The notes under the pieces are model-generated. The model was given only the letters and a program-made list of their open reading frames with translations. It was not told the DNA's origin and made no database searches. Positions 40,438 through 50,169 of a DNA stretch of 64,000 bases are shown here, piece after piece (position 1 is the first letter of the stretch; the number at the start of each line of letters is the position of its first letter). Source of the DNA: an uncultured delta proteobacterium (GTDB lineage: Bacteria > Desulfobacterota > Desulfuromonadia > Geobacterales > DSM-12255). The DNA lies in NCBI GenBank assembly GCA_963787125.1, contig CAWBBV010000004.1, forward strand, positions 96,001 to 160,000. Reading direction: 5' to 3'. A program made the translations under genes and the position numbers.

Positions 40438-42111
40438 CCCGAATCCGCAAATCTCTGCCGGACACATTCAGGCAGCGTGAGTTCGGGGGTATTTTTTCAG
40501 TGAGCTCCCTTTGATGGGAGTCGAAAACACATATTTTCTCTAAAATTCAAAAAGTGACGCGCTATTTGCCTCTTCAGACGATGTTTTTTGCCGGACTGAA
40601 GACGAACTGCCCCCTTGTTCTTGCTTTTTTGTTCTTTGACAATCTCGTTTTCAGCTTTTCTTTAGCAGGTTACCGGCTGAAGCCTGCCGATTCTTGCCTG
40701 AATCCTGTCAGGGCGAAGTTTCTCCAGCCACCAGCCGTTGACTTTCAGCAGGCTCTTGCGGGCATGATTGACCACGATTGCCGCACTACGCAGCAGATAA
40801 TCCTGAATGGTCTTGATCCGCCGCCGTACCGGTGTTAAGTGACTGTCCATCTCTCCGTCACCAGCTTCATCCCGCCACTGCTGACCCAGCAGGATAAGCA
40901 GGTTGTAGGCCATGGTCCCCAAGGTAAGGAATACTTCGTTGACACTGAAGGTCTGGGAGGGGAGTCGCTCCAGATCCAGGTCGTGCTTGAGTTCCTTGTT
41001 CGCTTCTTCTGCAGCTCCACGCCCCCGATAGAGTTCGAATGCCCGCTGCGGGGTGACTTCTTTGGGTAGATTGGTGGCCAGTATGTGGTAGCGGACGTCA
41101 TTGAGCAGCAGTGGCTGTCCTTTCTCGTCTACGGACTTGATCTGAACACAGAAGACGAAACGGCGGGGAGTTTTCCAGCCGCTTGGGGTGTACTCGAATT
41201 CTCCGTAAAACTCGCCGCCGAAGTCAGTGACTTTGAGGCTCATAACATCGACATCGAGATTCTCGTTTACCACTCGATCCAATGCGCCGCTGGCTCGGGC
41301 CTTGACCAGATAGTATGCTTTAGCATCTTCGCTGGCTTGAACAGTTTTGATGCTGTAAAGCCCGGCATCGTAGCGAAACAGGAGCTTGTTCCGATCTATT
41401 TTCTCGGGGAGCAGCTCTGCCGTTTCCCTGATGAATTCGTCAATCCGTTCAACAGCTTTCTCTCTGCCTGGCAACAGCCAGTGATTGATGCAGAACCGTT
41501 CGCGCCCGAGAACTGCAAATACAGGGGTGTAGCAAAGTTTACCGTTGTAAGTGGTTTGAACCCCTTCCCGTTTGGGAGCAAATTGCTCGAAGATACTCGG
41601 GTCAATGTCGCAGGGAATATAGCCTTCAGCCCCCGGTTCAGCTGTGATGCTTGCTTGGGAAACAATCTTTGCGCCGACCCGCTTGAGACCGGTTATTTCC
41701 TCTTTGCCATATTTCTCCAGATGCATGGCAACAGCTCGCTCTTTGGGGAGTTTGCCAAAGCCGAGCGATTTCTTGAGCAGTTTCTCTTCCCGTGCCAGCC
41801 AGGCAAGATCAGTGTAGCTGGTCCGGCGTAAGGAAATGTTTAGTAACAGCGGGATTAGATGTTCCTCTTCCCGGAAGCCGTAGTCGATCTTCTTGACCCG
41901 CACTTCGTTTCTGATGGCTCGAATCAGATCGAGACGGCGTATGAGGGTGGTGAGCAGCTCCAATCCTGCTACGGAAGTTAGCGTCTGTCGGGCTGCTACA
42001 TACTGAAAACCGAGATTGTCTTTCACCATTCGGGTGAGCTCCTTCACTACAATTATGTGAAGGATTATAGCATGTTACACTATATTAACCCAATAGTTTT
42101 GCGGATTGGGG
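40438..42111 (-). mobile_element. IS1380-family insertion sequence
   Basis: 14-bp terminal inverted repeats CCC(G/C)AATCCGCAAA; 5-bp target duplication ATAAT at 40433 and 42112. Confidence 0.88.
40662..42047 (-). CDS. IS1380-family DDE transposase
   Basis: CDIDPS, RYDAGLY and YRGRGAAEEANKELK motifs. Confidence 0.88.
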   Translation of the reverse strand: MKELTRMVKDNLGFQYVAARQTLTSVAGLELLTTLIRRLDLIRAIRNEVRVKKIDYGFREEEHLIPLLLNISLRRTSYTDLAWLAREEKLLKKSLGFGKLPKERAVAMHLEKYGKEEITGLKRVGAKIVSQASITAEPGAEGYIPCDIDPSIFEQFAPKREGVQTTYNGKLCYTPVFAVLGRERFCINHWLLPGREKAVERIDEFIRETAELLPEKIDRNKLLFRYDAGLYSIKTVQASEDAKAYYLVKARASGALDRVVNENLDVDVMSLKVTDFGGEFYGEFEYTPSGWKTPRRFVFCVQIKSVDEKGQPLLLNDVRYHILATNLPKEVTPQRAFELYRGRGAAEEANKELKHDLDLERLPSQTFSVNEVFLTLGTMAYNLLILLGQQWRDEAGDGEMDSHLTPVRRRIKTIQDYLLRSAAIVVNHARKSLLKVNGWWLEKLRPDRIQARIGRLQPVTC

Positions 42112-43743
42112 ATAATAGAACATCCACCTATTATTCCAATCCACAAAATGTAGTTTGGTAATTTAGCTGCGTTTTTGAGTGCCCTTTCTTTATTTTCATA
42201 ACGGTTATTACGGAGACGTACTAATTCTGATGCTTTATCACCGACATATGTGTCGATATTTTTCCGTATCATTCCACATATTGTATTAATATCAGAATTT
42301 AATTTTGTGGTCGTATTATCATTGAAACACTCATAGGCATTTAATGAGTTTTTTATTTGAGCAGCTTCAATCATTTTTTTTGCATTTTCTTTAACTTCAT
42401 TTATTCGGCTATCTGCATCACATTTAATGCCTAGGGAAGCGCATTTTGATGCCAACTCGTGAAGTGCATCAATCCTTGCATAAATTTCATTTTTCTTCTT
42501 AGCGAATAAGGTTCGTTGTTCTGAATTAGAACCAAATGATGTTTTGAGGGTTGAAAGATTCGTCTCAATAGCTTGAGTGAAATTAAGAATGTCAAGAAGG
42601 GGCATGTTGCTGCCGTTACTAATAAAATCTTTCCATCTACCGATTACAGTGTCATTTTCAGCCTCCGGGATTCGGTCAATAAACGGTTTAAGTTCATAAA
42701 GTGCCTTTTGCACTGTTTGTACCGCTTGACGGTACTTTTCTTTGCGAAGTGCCTCCAGAAACTCCCGTAGCTTGTTGTCATGTTTTTGAAAATCACCATC
42801 ACCAGCAGCCTTTAGGCTATAGAACCGATCAACCTCAATAGCCTTCCCAAGCACCGGAAGCGCAGTATTCACCTCACCCAATGCCATGCGTACTTTGGCC
42901 GCCTGAAACAACGCCTCTCCCAGATTCGGATTAATGGCCAGTGCCTGCTCGGTATAAGCTAGCCCTTCTTTAAGTTTGCCTTGCCAGTAAGCAGCCCATC
43001 CAGCGGAAAGGAAAGCCTGAGCGGCATGCTCTGGATAATCGGTTCTTGCATATCGTGCAGCCAAGGCAAAAGATTCCTCGGCTGCGGCAAGGTCAACGAG
43101 TGCCATGTCGCCTTTCACGAACCCAAGACGAAGCGTTCCCTTCATCTGGTGAAAGCGCCACTCCAACTTGTAGCCGGTTGAGGTATGGTCACCGCTGATG
43201 GCTTTTTCTAACGAATCCAAACACTCCAGATACAATTCTTGGCGAAAAGCATCACGGGCAATTTCATACTGTTCGTAAGCGGCGGTCTGTGCAGGTGTTT
43301 TTGCAATCTTGATCAACTCCGCCAATGCATCATTCATCCGTCCCATAGCGGCTATCATCTGGCCGAAACCCCAATGGAAAGTTGCATTCAGCTCTGCAAT
43401 TCCGGCGGAAATTTCCTGCATTTCGTAAGTAATTTGGGAGAAACCATCTTGCATGATAGAGGAGAGTTCACCGAACCCGCTGTTCACTGCATCGGTAATT
43501 TGTCCCGCTGCTACCTCTGTGGCCCGGATGTTTTCCCGCGACAATGCCTCATTGGAAGCAATTACGTCACGGGTTTGGCGAGAGATGTCCATGGATATTC
43601 GTCGATTGGAAGAGGTGATGTCACCCACGAACTCATGAGCGACCAGATAGTCAACGTAACTCAGCTTACTGCCAAATATTGGATAGCCAGAAGCCATAAC
43701 TCCTCCTCAATTTTGCATTTTTCTGGTGGTGGAATTTTCTGTC

Positions 43744-43814
43744 GTTCAACGTGATAAGGCACACCGGCTCTGCGGGGGCTTTTTCCCGCCGTCCGGTGCT
43801 GCCGCAAGTTGGAC
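43744..43814 (-). other. attC site
   Basis: GTTCAAC...GGCACACCGG/CCGGTGCTGCC...GTTGGAC. Confidence 0.88.
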
Positions 43815-43904
43815 ACTTTCTCTGCATCATTCCGTGTTAGACTGCTGGAGAAATGTTTTGGAATATTCCTTGATTCTTATCTGAATGTCTGGTAGAAATT
43901 AACT

Positions 43905-43969
43905 ATAAGGATTGGGCTTTTCCCGGTCGACAGATGGGCTTTGGACTTGTTCCGAGGCCCTTTTGCTTT
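43905..43969 (-). ncRNA. Candidate DUF3800-associated RNA motif
   Basis: Directly 3' of the DUF3800 stop: AAAGCAAAA, a GGGC...GCCC hairpin, then GACCGGGAAAAGCCCAATCC. Confidence 0.5.
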
Positions 43970-44698
43970 TCAGGGGAATTTCTTTATCTGTAGTGATTTG
44001 CCCTTGATGATGTCAAATGCCCGGTTTGGCTGTTCCGGCCGCAAGCAGTTCAGGGCAATCGGACGGGCAACGAGATCGGCCAGTTGCAGTCCGCTAGAAT
44101 TGCTCCGTTTGTCTACAAAAATCAGCTCAAATCGTATTTTTGAAAAGTCCGCCGATTTATACCCCCACCTTGCCCTATTGTCGCATATCCTTCTGAATTC
44201 CAGTTCAAGCTCTCTGTCTTCCTTTGCGCCTCTGCTTTCCACGAGGATATGCGCCGTTTTTTGCGTCTGTCCAAGTTGAGTCAACTTTGCAAGCATCCGT
44301 TCCATGCAGAACAACATTGATAGTTCATAAGGATTGAACGGCTCTGAATAACGGGTGCGGAGATGATCCTTGTCGATCACCGCCGCAACAATATTGAAAG
44401 GGGCTTCTTCGATTATCACGTTAAGTCGTTGATAAAAGCTCTCGCGCATCTCCCTGTTTGTGCGCAAGATTCCGAACGGGCCTTTTTCTTTGCGGATGTC
44501 GTGTTCGTGCAGGATTATCTGGTCATGACCCCAGAAATCGAGCTTTAGCTGCTGGATGCTCGGGACGATTCGGTTCAAATAATCATCCTTTGCTACCATG
44601 CAGAAAACGAGTGCAAACACCGGAAACTGCGGGTCAATCGTGGAAAGTCCGTGGTCGCCGCTCTCGTCGGCAAATATGAGGTAATCGCTGAATATCAT
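43970..44698 (-). CDS. DUF3800-domain protein
   Basis: IFADESGD and GLQLADLVARPI motifs; C-terminal KKFP. Confidence 0.88.
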   Translation of the reverse strand: MIFSDYLIFADESGDHGLSTIDPQFPVFALVFCMVAKDDYLNRIVPSIQQLKLDFWGHDQIILHEHDIRKEKGPFGILRTNREMRESFYQRLNVIIEEAPFNIVAAVIDKDHLRTRYSEPFNPYELSMLFCMERMLAKLTQLGQTQKTAHILVESRGAKEDRELELEFRRICDNRARWGYKSADFSKIRFELIFVDKRSNSSGLQLADLVARPIALNCLRPEQPNRAFDIIKGKSLQIKKFP

Positions 44699-44752
44699 AG
44701 TTTCCAGAAGATATAACGCTTGAAATTCAAAGACAATGGCAAAATTTGAATA

Positions 44753-44774
44753 CTGGGAGCCTTTTGGCTCCCAG
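44753..44774. terminator. Hairpin after the methyltransferase gene
   Basis: CTGGGAGCC-TTTT-GGCTCCCAG. Confidence 0.5.
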
Positions 44775-44783
44775 CGTTATGAA

Positions 44784-45752
44784 TTAAGCTAACCCAATTC
44801 CAATTTCATAGCACCTTGTCGGCTCTTCCTGATAATAACCTTCATATATGTACCCTGCTCCTTCAAAAGAATTCTTGATTGCTCCAATGGACGGATGCTG
44901 AAGAACCCAGCCAGCAGTCTCCCGGAGGATATATGAGCAGAACAAATCTAAGTGCAGCATAGTGTCCAAAAGGCCTGCTCCGACAACACGAGCACCAGGC
45001 TTGAAGTAAGGGCGCATAATCTTTAAAAGACCAACACGCTCTTCAGTGGCAAGGCCACAGAGCACGCCAATGATGAGCCCATAATCAGCATTTTGTTTAT
45101 ACATTTTGTGGAGTCTCGTCATGCTTTTCTCTACAAAATGGATGTTGTTCAGCTTGTGTTGTTTGACCAGCTGTATCCCGTAGTTAATGGCCGAAGCATC
45201 GGTATCGATGCAATGAAATTCAACACGTTCAGCAAATTCCGGATTGTCGAGTACCAGTTGAATACAATTACGTCCTGGGCCGGAACCGAGGTCAAGAACC
45301 AAGCACTTTTCTTGATGTTTCAATATGTTGTTGATGTGTTCTGCTGCCTTTTCATTGACAGCACGGAAACGTGCTTCCAGAGAAATGAACGCCGGCAGGC
45401 TGGCTTTAAAGAAAAGATCTATCGGTGTATGTACCTCTTCAAAACCATACATTTTCTCAAGCATCGTGTAAGTTCCGGGATACTCCGACAAGTCAGGAAT
45501 GATGGTACTGTTATTTTGAAAATGCTGAAAAACTTCTGACTCGCCAATGTCAGCGAGGTTTTTACCTGCAAGATAGCCATTAACGAGGCCGTCACTGATA
45601 TTTTTAGGCAGATTTGATAATAGAGCCTGAGCGTGTTCGGTTTTTAGATACCGTTCCTTTGCTTCAATTGGTTGTTCATAGGCTGCGACCAAATTTGGAC
45701 AGGAAATTGACTTGCCTGCCATTGCATTTTCACCACGTTGATTTGCTCCCAT
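44784..45752 (-). CDS. Class I SAM-dependent methyltransferase
   Basis: VLDLGSGPG, CIDTD and KPGA motifs; RBS GGGAGG before ATG 45752. Confidence 0.8.
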   Translation of the reverse strand: MGANQRGENAMAGKSISCPNLVAAYEQPIEAKERYLKTEHAQALLSNLPKNISDGLVNGYLAGKNLADIGESEVFQHFQNNSTIIPDLSEYPGTYTMLEKMYGFEEVHTPIDLFFKASLPAFISLEARFRAVNEKAAEHINNILKHQEKCLVLDLGSGPGRNCIQLVLDNPEFAERVEFHCIDTDASAINYGIQLVKQHKLNNIHFVEKSMTRLHKMYKQNADYGLIIGVLCGLATEERVGLLKIMRPYFKPGARVVGAGLLDTMLHLDLFCSYILRETAGWVLQHPSIGAIKNSFEGAGYIYEGYYQEEPTRCYEIGIGLA

Positions 45753-45773
45753 TTTGCCTCCCGTTGTTTTGAT

Positions 45774-45827
45774 GTTCAACGTCATAAGCCTGACCGGCCG
45801 GTTTTTAGGGCCGGTCCTGGCGCTTGT
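45774..45827 (-). other. attC interrupted by intron 3; remainder at 47729-47733
   Basis: GTTCAAC...GACCGGCC/GGCCGGTC...TTGT|TGGAC. Confidence 0.88.
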
Positions 45828-47728
45828 GTACGCCCGTCATGGGCGTGAACTTATGGGGTGCAAGTCCCCTGTACGGTGAATCCAACACTGTCGCGAGACA
45901 GCGTAAACCAAGTACTAGCCGAAGGCAAGGGCGTCTCCGCGAGGAGGGGTCTGGAGGAAGCCGGAGCGCAAAGCTATGAGCCGACGAACAGAAACAGCAT
46001 ACAAGGCCATCATCCGGGCAAGTCAGCACAACATGACGAAGTCCCATGGGTTCAGGAGAAATGGTAAATGCTGCGGTTGTGTAGCCACAGTTCACGTTCT
46101 TATCCGGGGAGATCTGTCCGAATTGCCGTTCCAGATACGTGGGGCTGCGCTCTGCATGGCAACATGCCGGGTATCGGACAGAAGTCAGCAGAAGCCATAG
46201 TAGGCGCGAGACGTTGCCGCAAGCGATCCGGCAACTGGAAACAAGCCCGGCAGAGTCCGGGAAGCCTTACCCCGCCGAAGGGCCGAACGAAGAAAGGGGA
46301 GTAGCACCAATGAGCTTTCATGACATAAAGAACCCGTCCGGGGGAATGCCTATGGAGCGCGTCATTGATCAGCCAACCCCTGAGCAGCACCTACTGGAGC
46401 GGATACTCTCCAGTGCGAACATGGAGCAAGCGTGGAAACGGGTCAAAGCCAATAAGGGCGCACCCGGCGTCGATGGCATCACCATCGAACAATTCCCCGA
46501 CCATACCCGTTCTCACTGGAACACTATTCGCGAATCGCTAATGACAGGCAGTTACCAACCTTTGCCGGTAAAGCGGGTAGAGATTCCCAAAGCAACGGGT
46601 GGAACCCGTCCGCTGGGGATACCCACTGTACTTGACCGGCTGATCCAACAGTCCATTGCCCAAGTGTTGACACCGATCTTCGATCCGGACTTCTCCGCAT
46701 CGAGCTTCGGTTTCCGTCCCCGTCGGTCAGCAAAAGATGCTGTCCGAAAGGTGCGGGAGTACATCCAGCAGGGATACCGGATTGCCGTGGATATTGACCT
46801 TGCCAAGTTCTTCGACACGGTCAACCATGATCTGCTCATGCACCTTGTGAGCAAGAAAGTTCACGACAAGCGGGTACTAGCCCTGATCGGCACGTACTTA
46901 CGGGCAGGTGTAAAGGTAAACGGGCGTCTTGAAAAGACCAGACTGGGTGTTCCCCAGGGTGGCCCCCTCTCGCCGCTTCTTGCCAATATCCTGCTCGACA
47001 CACTGGACAAAGAACTTGAGAAACGCGGTCACAAGTTCGTCCGCTATGCAGACGACTTCGTCATCCTCGTCAAAAGCCAGCGCGCCGGCGTCCGGGTAAT
47101 GGAAGGGATGAAAACCTTCCTGACCAGCAAACTCAAGCTTAACGTCAATGAAACCAAGAGTGCGGTAGCAAGAACATCCCGCATCGACTTCCTTGGTTTT
47201 ATCTTCAGTGGCACCCGCATCATCTGGTCTGACAAGGCATACAAGGAATTCAGACGCCGCGTCAAACAGTATACCGGAAGAAGCTGGCGGGTCTCCATGA
47301 AGTACCGGTTGTATAAACTGGCTCAATATCTCCGTGGCTGGATGGGGTACTTCGGAATATCGGAGTATTACCGTGAAATTCCGGAAATAGACGGTTGGAT
47401 AAGGCGCAGGATACGGCTCTGTTACTGGAAACAGTGGCGCTGGTGTCGTACCAAGATCAAGAATCTACTGGCACTTGGTACGCAACTTGGCACCGCCATC
47501 CGAGCGGGCCTGAATAGAAGCGGCCCGTGGGCGATGTCCCGAAGATTGGCTGCTCATACCGGTTTGACCAACAAATGTCTGAAGGATCAAGGCTTATTAT
47601 CTGTCAAAGAACTGTGGGTGAAGCTTCACTACCCGGCTACGGCCCGGTAATTCTATCGAACCGCCGGATGCGGACCCGCATGTCCGGTGGTGTGGGGGCT
47701 GGGGGAGAAAAACCCCCGGCTACCCGAT
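45828..47728 (+). mobile_element. Group IIC-attC intron, copy 3 (mosaic variant)
   Basis: Same ends as copies 1 and 2, with divergent blocks at 46114-46181 and 47458-47500. Confidence 0.92.
46310..47650 (+). CDS. ltrA: Group II intron reverse transcriptase/maturase
   Basis: 446 aa from ATG 46310; YADD motif; a few substitutions versus copies 1 and 2. Confidence 0.95.
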   Translation: MSFHDIKNPSGGMPMERVIDQPTPEQHLLERILSSANMEQAWKRVKANKGAPGVDGITIEQFPDHTRSHWNTIRESLMTGSYQPLPVKRVEIPKATGGTRPLGIPTVLDRLIQQSIAQVLTPIFDPDFSASSFGFRPRRSAKDAVRKVREYIQQGYRIAVDIDLAKFFDTVNHDLLMHLVSKKVHDKRVLALIGTYLRAGVKVNGRLEKTRLGVPQGGPLSPLLANILLDTLDKELEKRGHKFVRYADDFVILVKSQRAGVRVMEGMKTFLTSKLKLNVNETKSAVARTSRIDFLGFIFSGTRIIWSDKAYKEFRRRVKQYTGRSWRVSMKYRLYKLAQYLRGWMGYFGISEYYREIPEIDGWIRRRIRLCYWKQWRWCRTKIKNLLALGTQLGTAIRAGLNRSGPWAMSRRLAAHTGLTNKCLKDQGLLSVKELWVKLHYPATAR

Positions 47729-47779
47729 TGGACATTGGCCTTTTCACTCGTTAAGTTACAAAACTTGCCAGCGTTCCTT

Positions 47780-48310
47780 TCAGGTAGCGTGGCCTAGAAT
47801 AAATTGCAAACGCATATTTATTGACTCTAGCTCATTATCTGAAAAGAGTGGAACATCAATTAGCCGAAATCCAAGTCTCATGTAAACCTCACGGAGTTGC
47901 CTTGATACAGCAACAGCTTGGTCAGGGCTATCTTTTCTCTGGGCGTCGGTGCGATACTCAGGTAACATTTGTAAGAAGAATACATCTTGTTCATAATTGG
48001 CGTTATTTATATCTTGATATATCGAATCACTTATAGGGCACTGCGCAACTTCTGCGAAAGCAATGGGGTCTACCAATGATCTGTCGAGAAATGCAACATT
48101 ACCAACGAGACCTCTTTCGCGCTTCACTTGGAGCTGGCGACATGCTTCGCAGAAAATCTCTTGGTTATCCCATGGGAATATATTTTCTGCTTGAATCAAC
48201 ATTCTCGATGATTCTTCCAGCACTAATTGTCCTCTTTTTGATATTAATTCTATCAAAGATGACTTCCCTGAATTAGGTCCACCTGTTAAAATGTATTTTT
48301 TTATATTCAT
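47780..48310 (-). CDS. AAA_28 / NadR-type P-loop NTPase or kinase
   Basis: ILTGGPNSGKSS, LEE, FLDRS and YRTDAQR motifs. Confidence 0.8.
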   Translation of the reverse strand: MNIKKYILTGGPNSGKSSLIELISKRGQLVLEESSRMLIQAENIFPWDNQEIFCEACRQLQVKRERGLVGNVAFLDRSLVDPIAFAEVAQCPISDSIYQDINNANYEQDVFFLQMLPEYRTDAQRKDSPDQAVAVSRQLREVYMRLGFRLIDVPLFSDNELESINMRLQFILGHAT

Positions 48311-48359
48311 AAGTTGTAGGTTTTTGCACGTTGTTAGCAGTATATTGTCAATTTTAAAG

Positions 48360-50165
48360 TTATTTATCCTGTAGCCTATCCAATGGAGGCTTCTGAGTTA
48401 ATTCATGTTGTTTCGTATCATCTTGTGGTGCTGAAACAAGTTGAGCAGGATTGAAAAAATATACAATGGCAAATACAGCTAAAGCTCCACCAGCCTTCAA
48501 CCATGAACCTAAATTTAAATTTATAAAGCCAGGTATAAAAGCGGCAATGCCTGCTATTGCAAGTGCTAAAATTATTCTAAAAACATTGTATTGAAAGTTA
48601 GTTGGATTTGGGAAGGCAATTGCAAGAACCAGCATTGTAATTATAAATACGATCCCAAATGAAAAAATTAATATTTTTTCGGTGCCCATTTTTGTATTCT
48701 CTTTTTCAGATTCCATAACTCTCCCGTCATCTGTTGATAATCCCGAATTAAAATTCGGCTGATGTCCATCCTCCATTACAACTTGATTCAAAGTAACGTT
48801 TTTTGCACTTGCATGCGAACCAACCGCTACGGCCTGTTTGACATTGTTTTGATCGCCCATAATGATATTCCTACCTATAAATATTTTTGTTCCTGCGTGA
48901 ATCTTCTTGTTGGCAACAACATTACCAACCACCTCAGCTAAAACATTAGAACCAATATTTTCGATGATACGGTTATTGTCGTTTAAAGAATCTGAACATA
49001 ACGTGTCTTGTGACTCTGACATAATTGACTCATAGAATATATCAGAGATGAGTTGCGATGCATTGTCAGGCGAATTAATGGCGAATAAAACATTAGATGC
49101 TATCTCATTATTTAAAATATTATAGATGTTCTGTTTTTCTGATATGTCAAGTTGATCAACTAGATACATAGCGATTTTATTTTTTACATGACTATTTTTG
49201 ACTGTTTTATAGCCTGAGGAAAGTATTTCAGACATTTTAACATCGCTAATAAATGCAGATGACTTTAATAAATTATTAATAGCAGCTAAAATTACAAGAT
49301 CATCTTGGCCGCCGTTAACTGCTGACATCATTTTATCTACGACAAAACCATACTCGCTATAATTTGCCATTGCGGTAATAACTGATTCAGCATAAAGAGG
49401 GTCTGTCTGGAAATAGGAATGCTCAACCTCATTAACTAATAAATGTGGGACATCACGATGCGTTGTGTATGGGAGGCCTTTTACAGCCCATTCTCTTGCT
49501 CGGACATTCGTTTCTTTCTCTAAAACATAAGTATAGTTTACTAAATCTGACTCGTCTGCAAATTCTTTGACTGCATACATTGCCCATTCTCTGACAAGAT
49601 AATCATCATCATGGAATGACTCCTTGAGGGCCGTTTTAATTTCAGATGTAATATCAGATTTGTTTCCGATTGATAGCGCAGCCCATTTCCGCACATGACT
49701 TTTGCTGTGCGATAGAGCTGACATAAGATACTTCATAAGTTCAGGGCTATAATCTTTATAACCCCACGATTTAATAACGCCAATATCAAAATCATTTTTA
49801 GAACCAAGTTCCACAGGATAGATGTTACTCAAGTTATAGTTGCTTACCTCCAAACACTTCGTTGCAGCGATCAGCCATTCTCTTACATCTTCATCGAAGA
49901 TTTGTTTTGTTTTTTGTAAAAGTGCATCAATGGCTGCTACGCCAGCTTCAATAATGGCAAACGTATATGCAAACCATCTGATTACTTTAGGGTGTTCTTC
50001 ACTACTAAAGAGGTTAATAAGAATAAGAATCGCAGGAACATTATTTGTATAATAAACCTTTTCTGAACAAATATTCTGTAGGGCTCTGACACGCAAAAGC
50101 GGGTCAGTGCTTGTAAGTTGGTGGAAGATGAATTTGTGGTTCCGAGTGTTATTCATTGATGGCAA
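48360..50165 (-). CDS. HEAT-repeat protein with a C-terminal three-helix transmembrane domain
   Basis: Repeated VR(K/E)WA helices; hydrophobic C-terminus FPNPT.FQY.VFRIILALA...AGGALAVF.IVYFFNPA. Confidence 0.75.
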   Translation of the reverse strand: MPSMNNTRNHKFIFHQLTSTDPLLRVRALQNICSEKVYYTNNVPAILILINLFSSEEHPKVIRWFAYTFAIIEAGVAAIDALLQKTKQIFDEDVREWLIAATKCLEVSNYNLSNIYPVELGSKNDFDIGVIKSWGYKDYSPELMKYLMSALSHSKSHVRKWAALSIGNKSDITSEIKTALKESFHDDDYLVREWAMYAVKEFADESDLVNYTYVLEKETNVRAREWAVKGLPYTTHRDVPHLLVNEVEHSYFQTDPLYAESVITAMANYSEYGFVVDKMMSAVNGGQDDLVILAAINNLLKSSAFISDVKMSEILSSGYKTVKNSHVKNKIAMYLVDQLDISEKQNIYNILNNEIASNVLFAINSPDNASQLISDIFYESIMSESQDTLCSDSLNDNNRIIENIGSNVLAEVVGNVVANKKIHAGTKIFIGRNIIMGDQNNVKQAVAVGSHASAKNVTLNQVVMEDGHQPNFNSGLSTDDGRVMESEKENTKMGTEKILIFSFGIVFIITMLVLAIAFPNPTNFQYNVFRIILALAIAGIAAFIPGFINLNLGSWLKAGGALAVFAIVYFFNPAQLVSAPQDDTKQHELTQKPPLDRLQDK

Positions 50166-50169
50166 ACTC

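Larger units (their letters stand above)
40192..43697 (-). pseudogene. TPR-repeat membrane-anchored protein (608 aa when rebuilt), interrupted by IS1380
   Basis: Removing the IS and one target duplication joins GGCSII to EPLNKSD in frame; TPR-like helices such as EQALAINPNLGEALF. Confidence 0.8.

Noticed and set aside
44711..44782. attC between the methyltransferase and DUF3800 genes
   Set aside because: The ends pair (ATAACGCT/AGCGTTAT) but there are no paired L boxes and the cores do not match the neighbouring cassette ends; at most a relic.
46139..46309. N-terminal extension of the third intron protein
   Set aside because: It lies in intron RNA domains; copies 1 and 2 start at the position equivalent to 46310.
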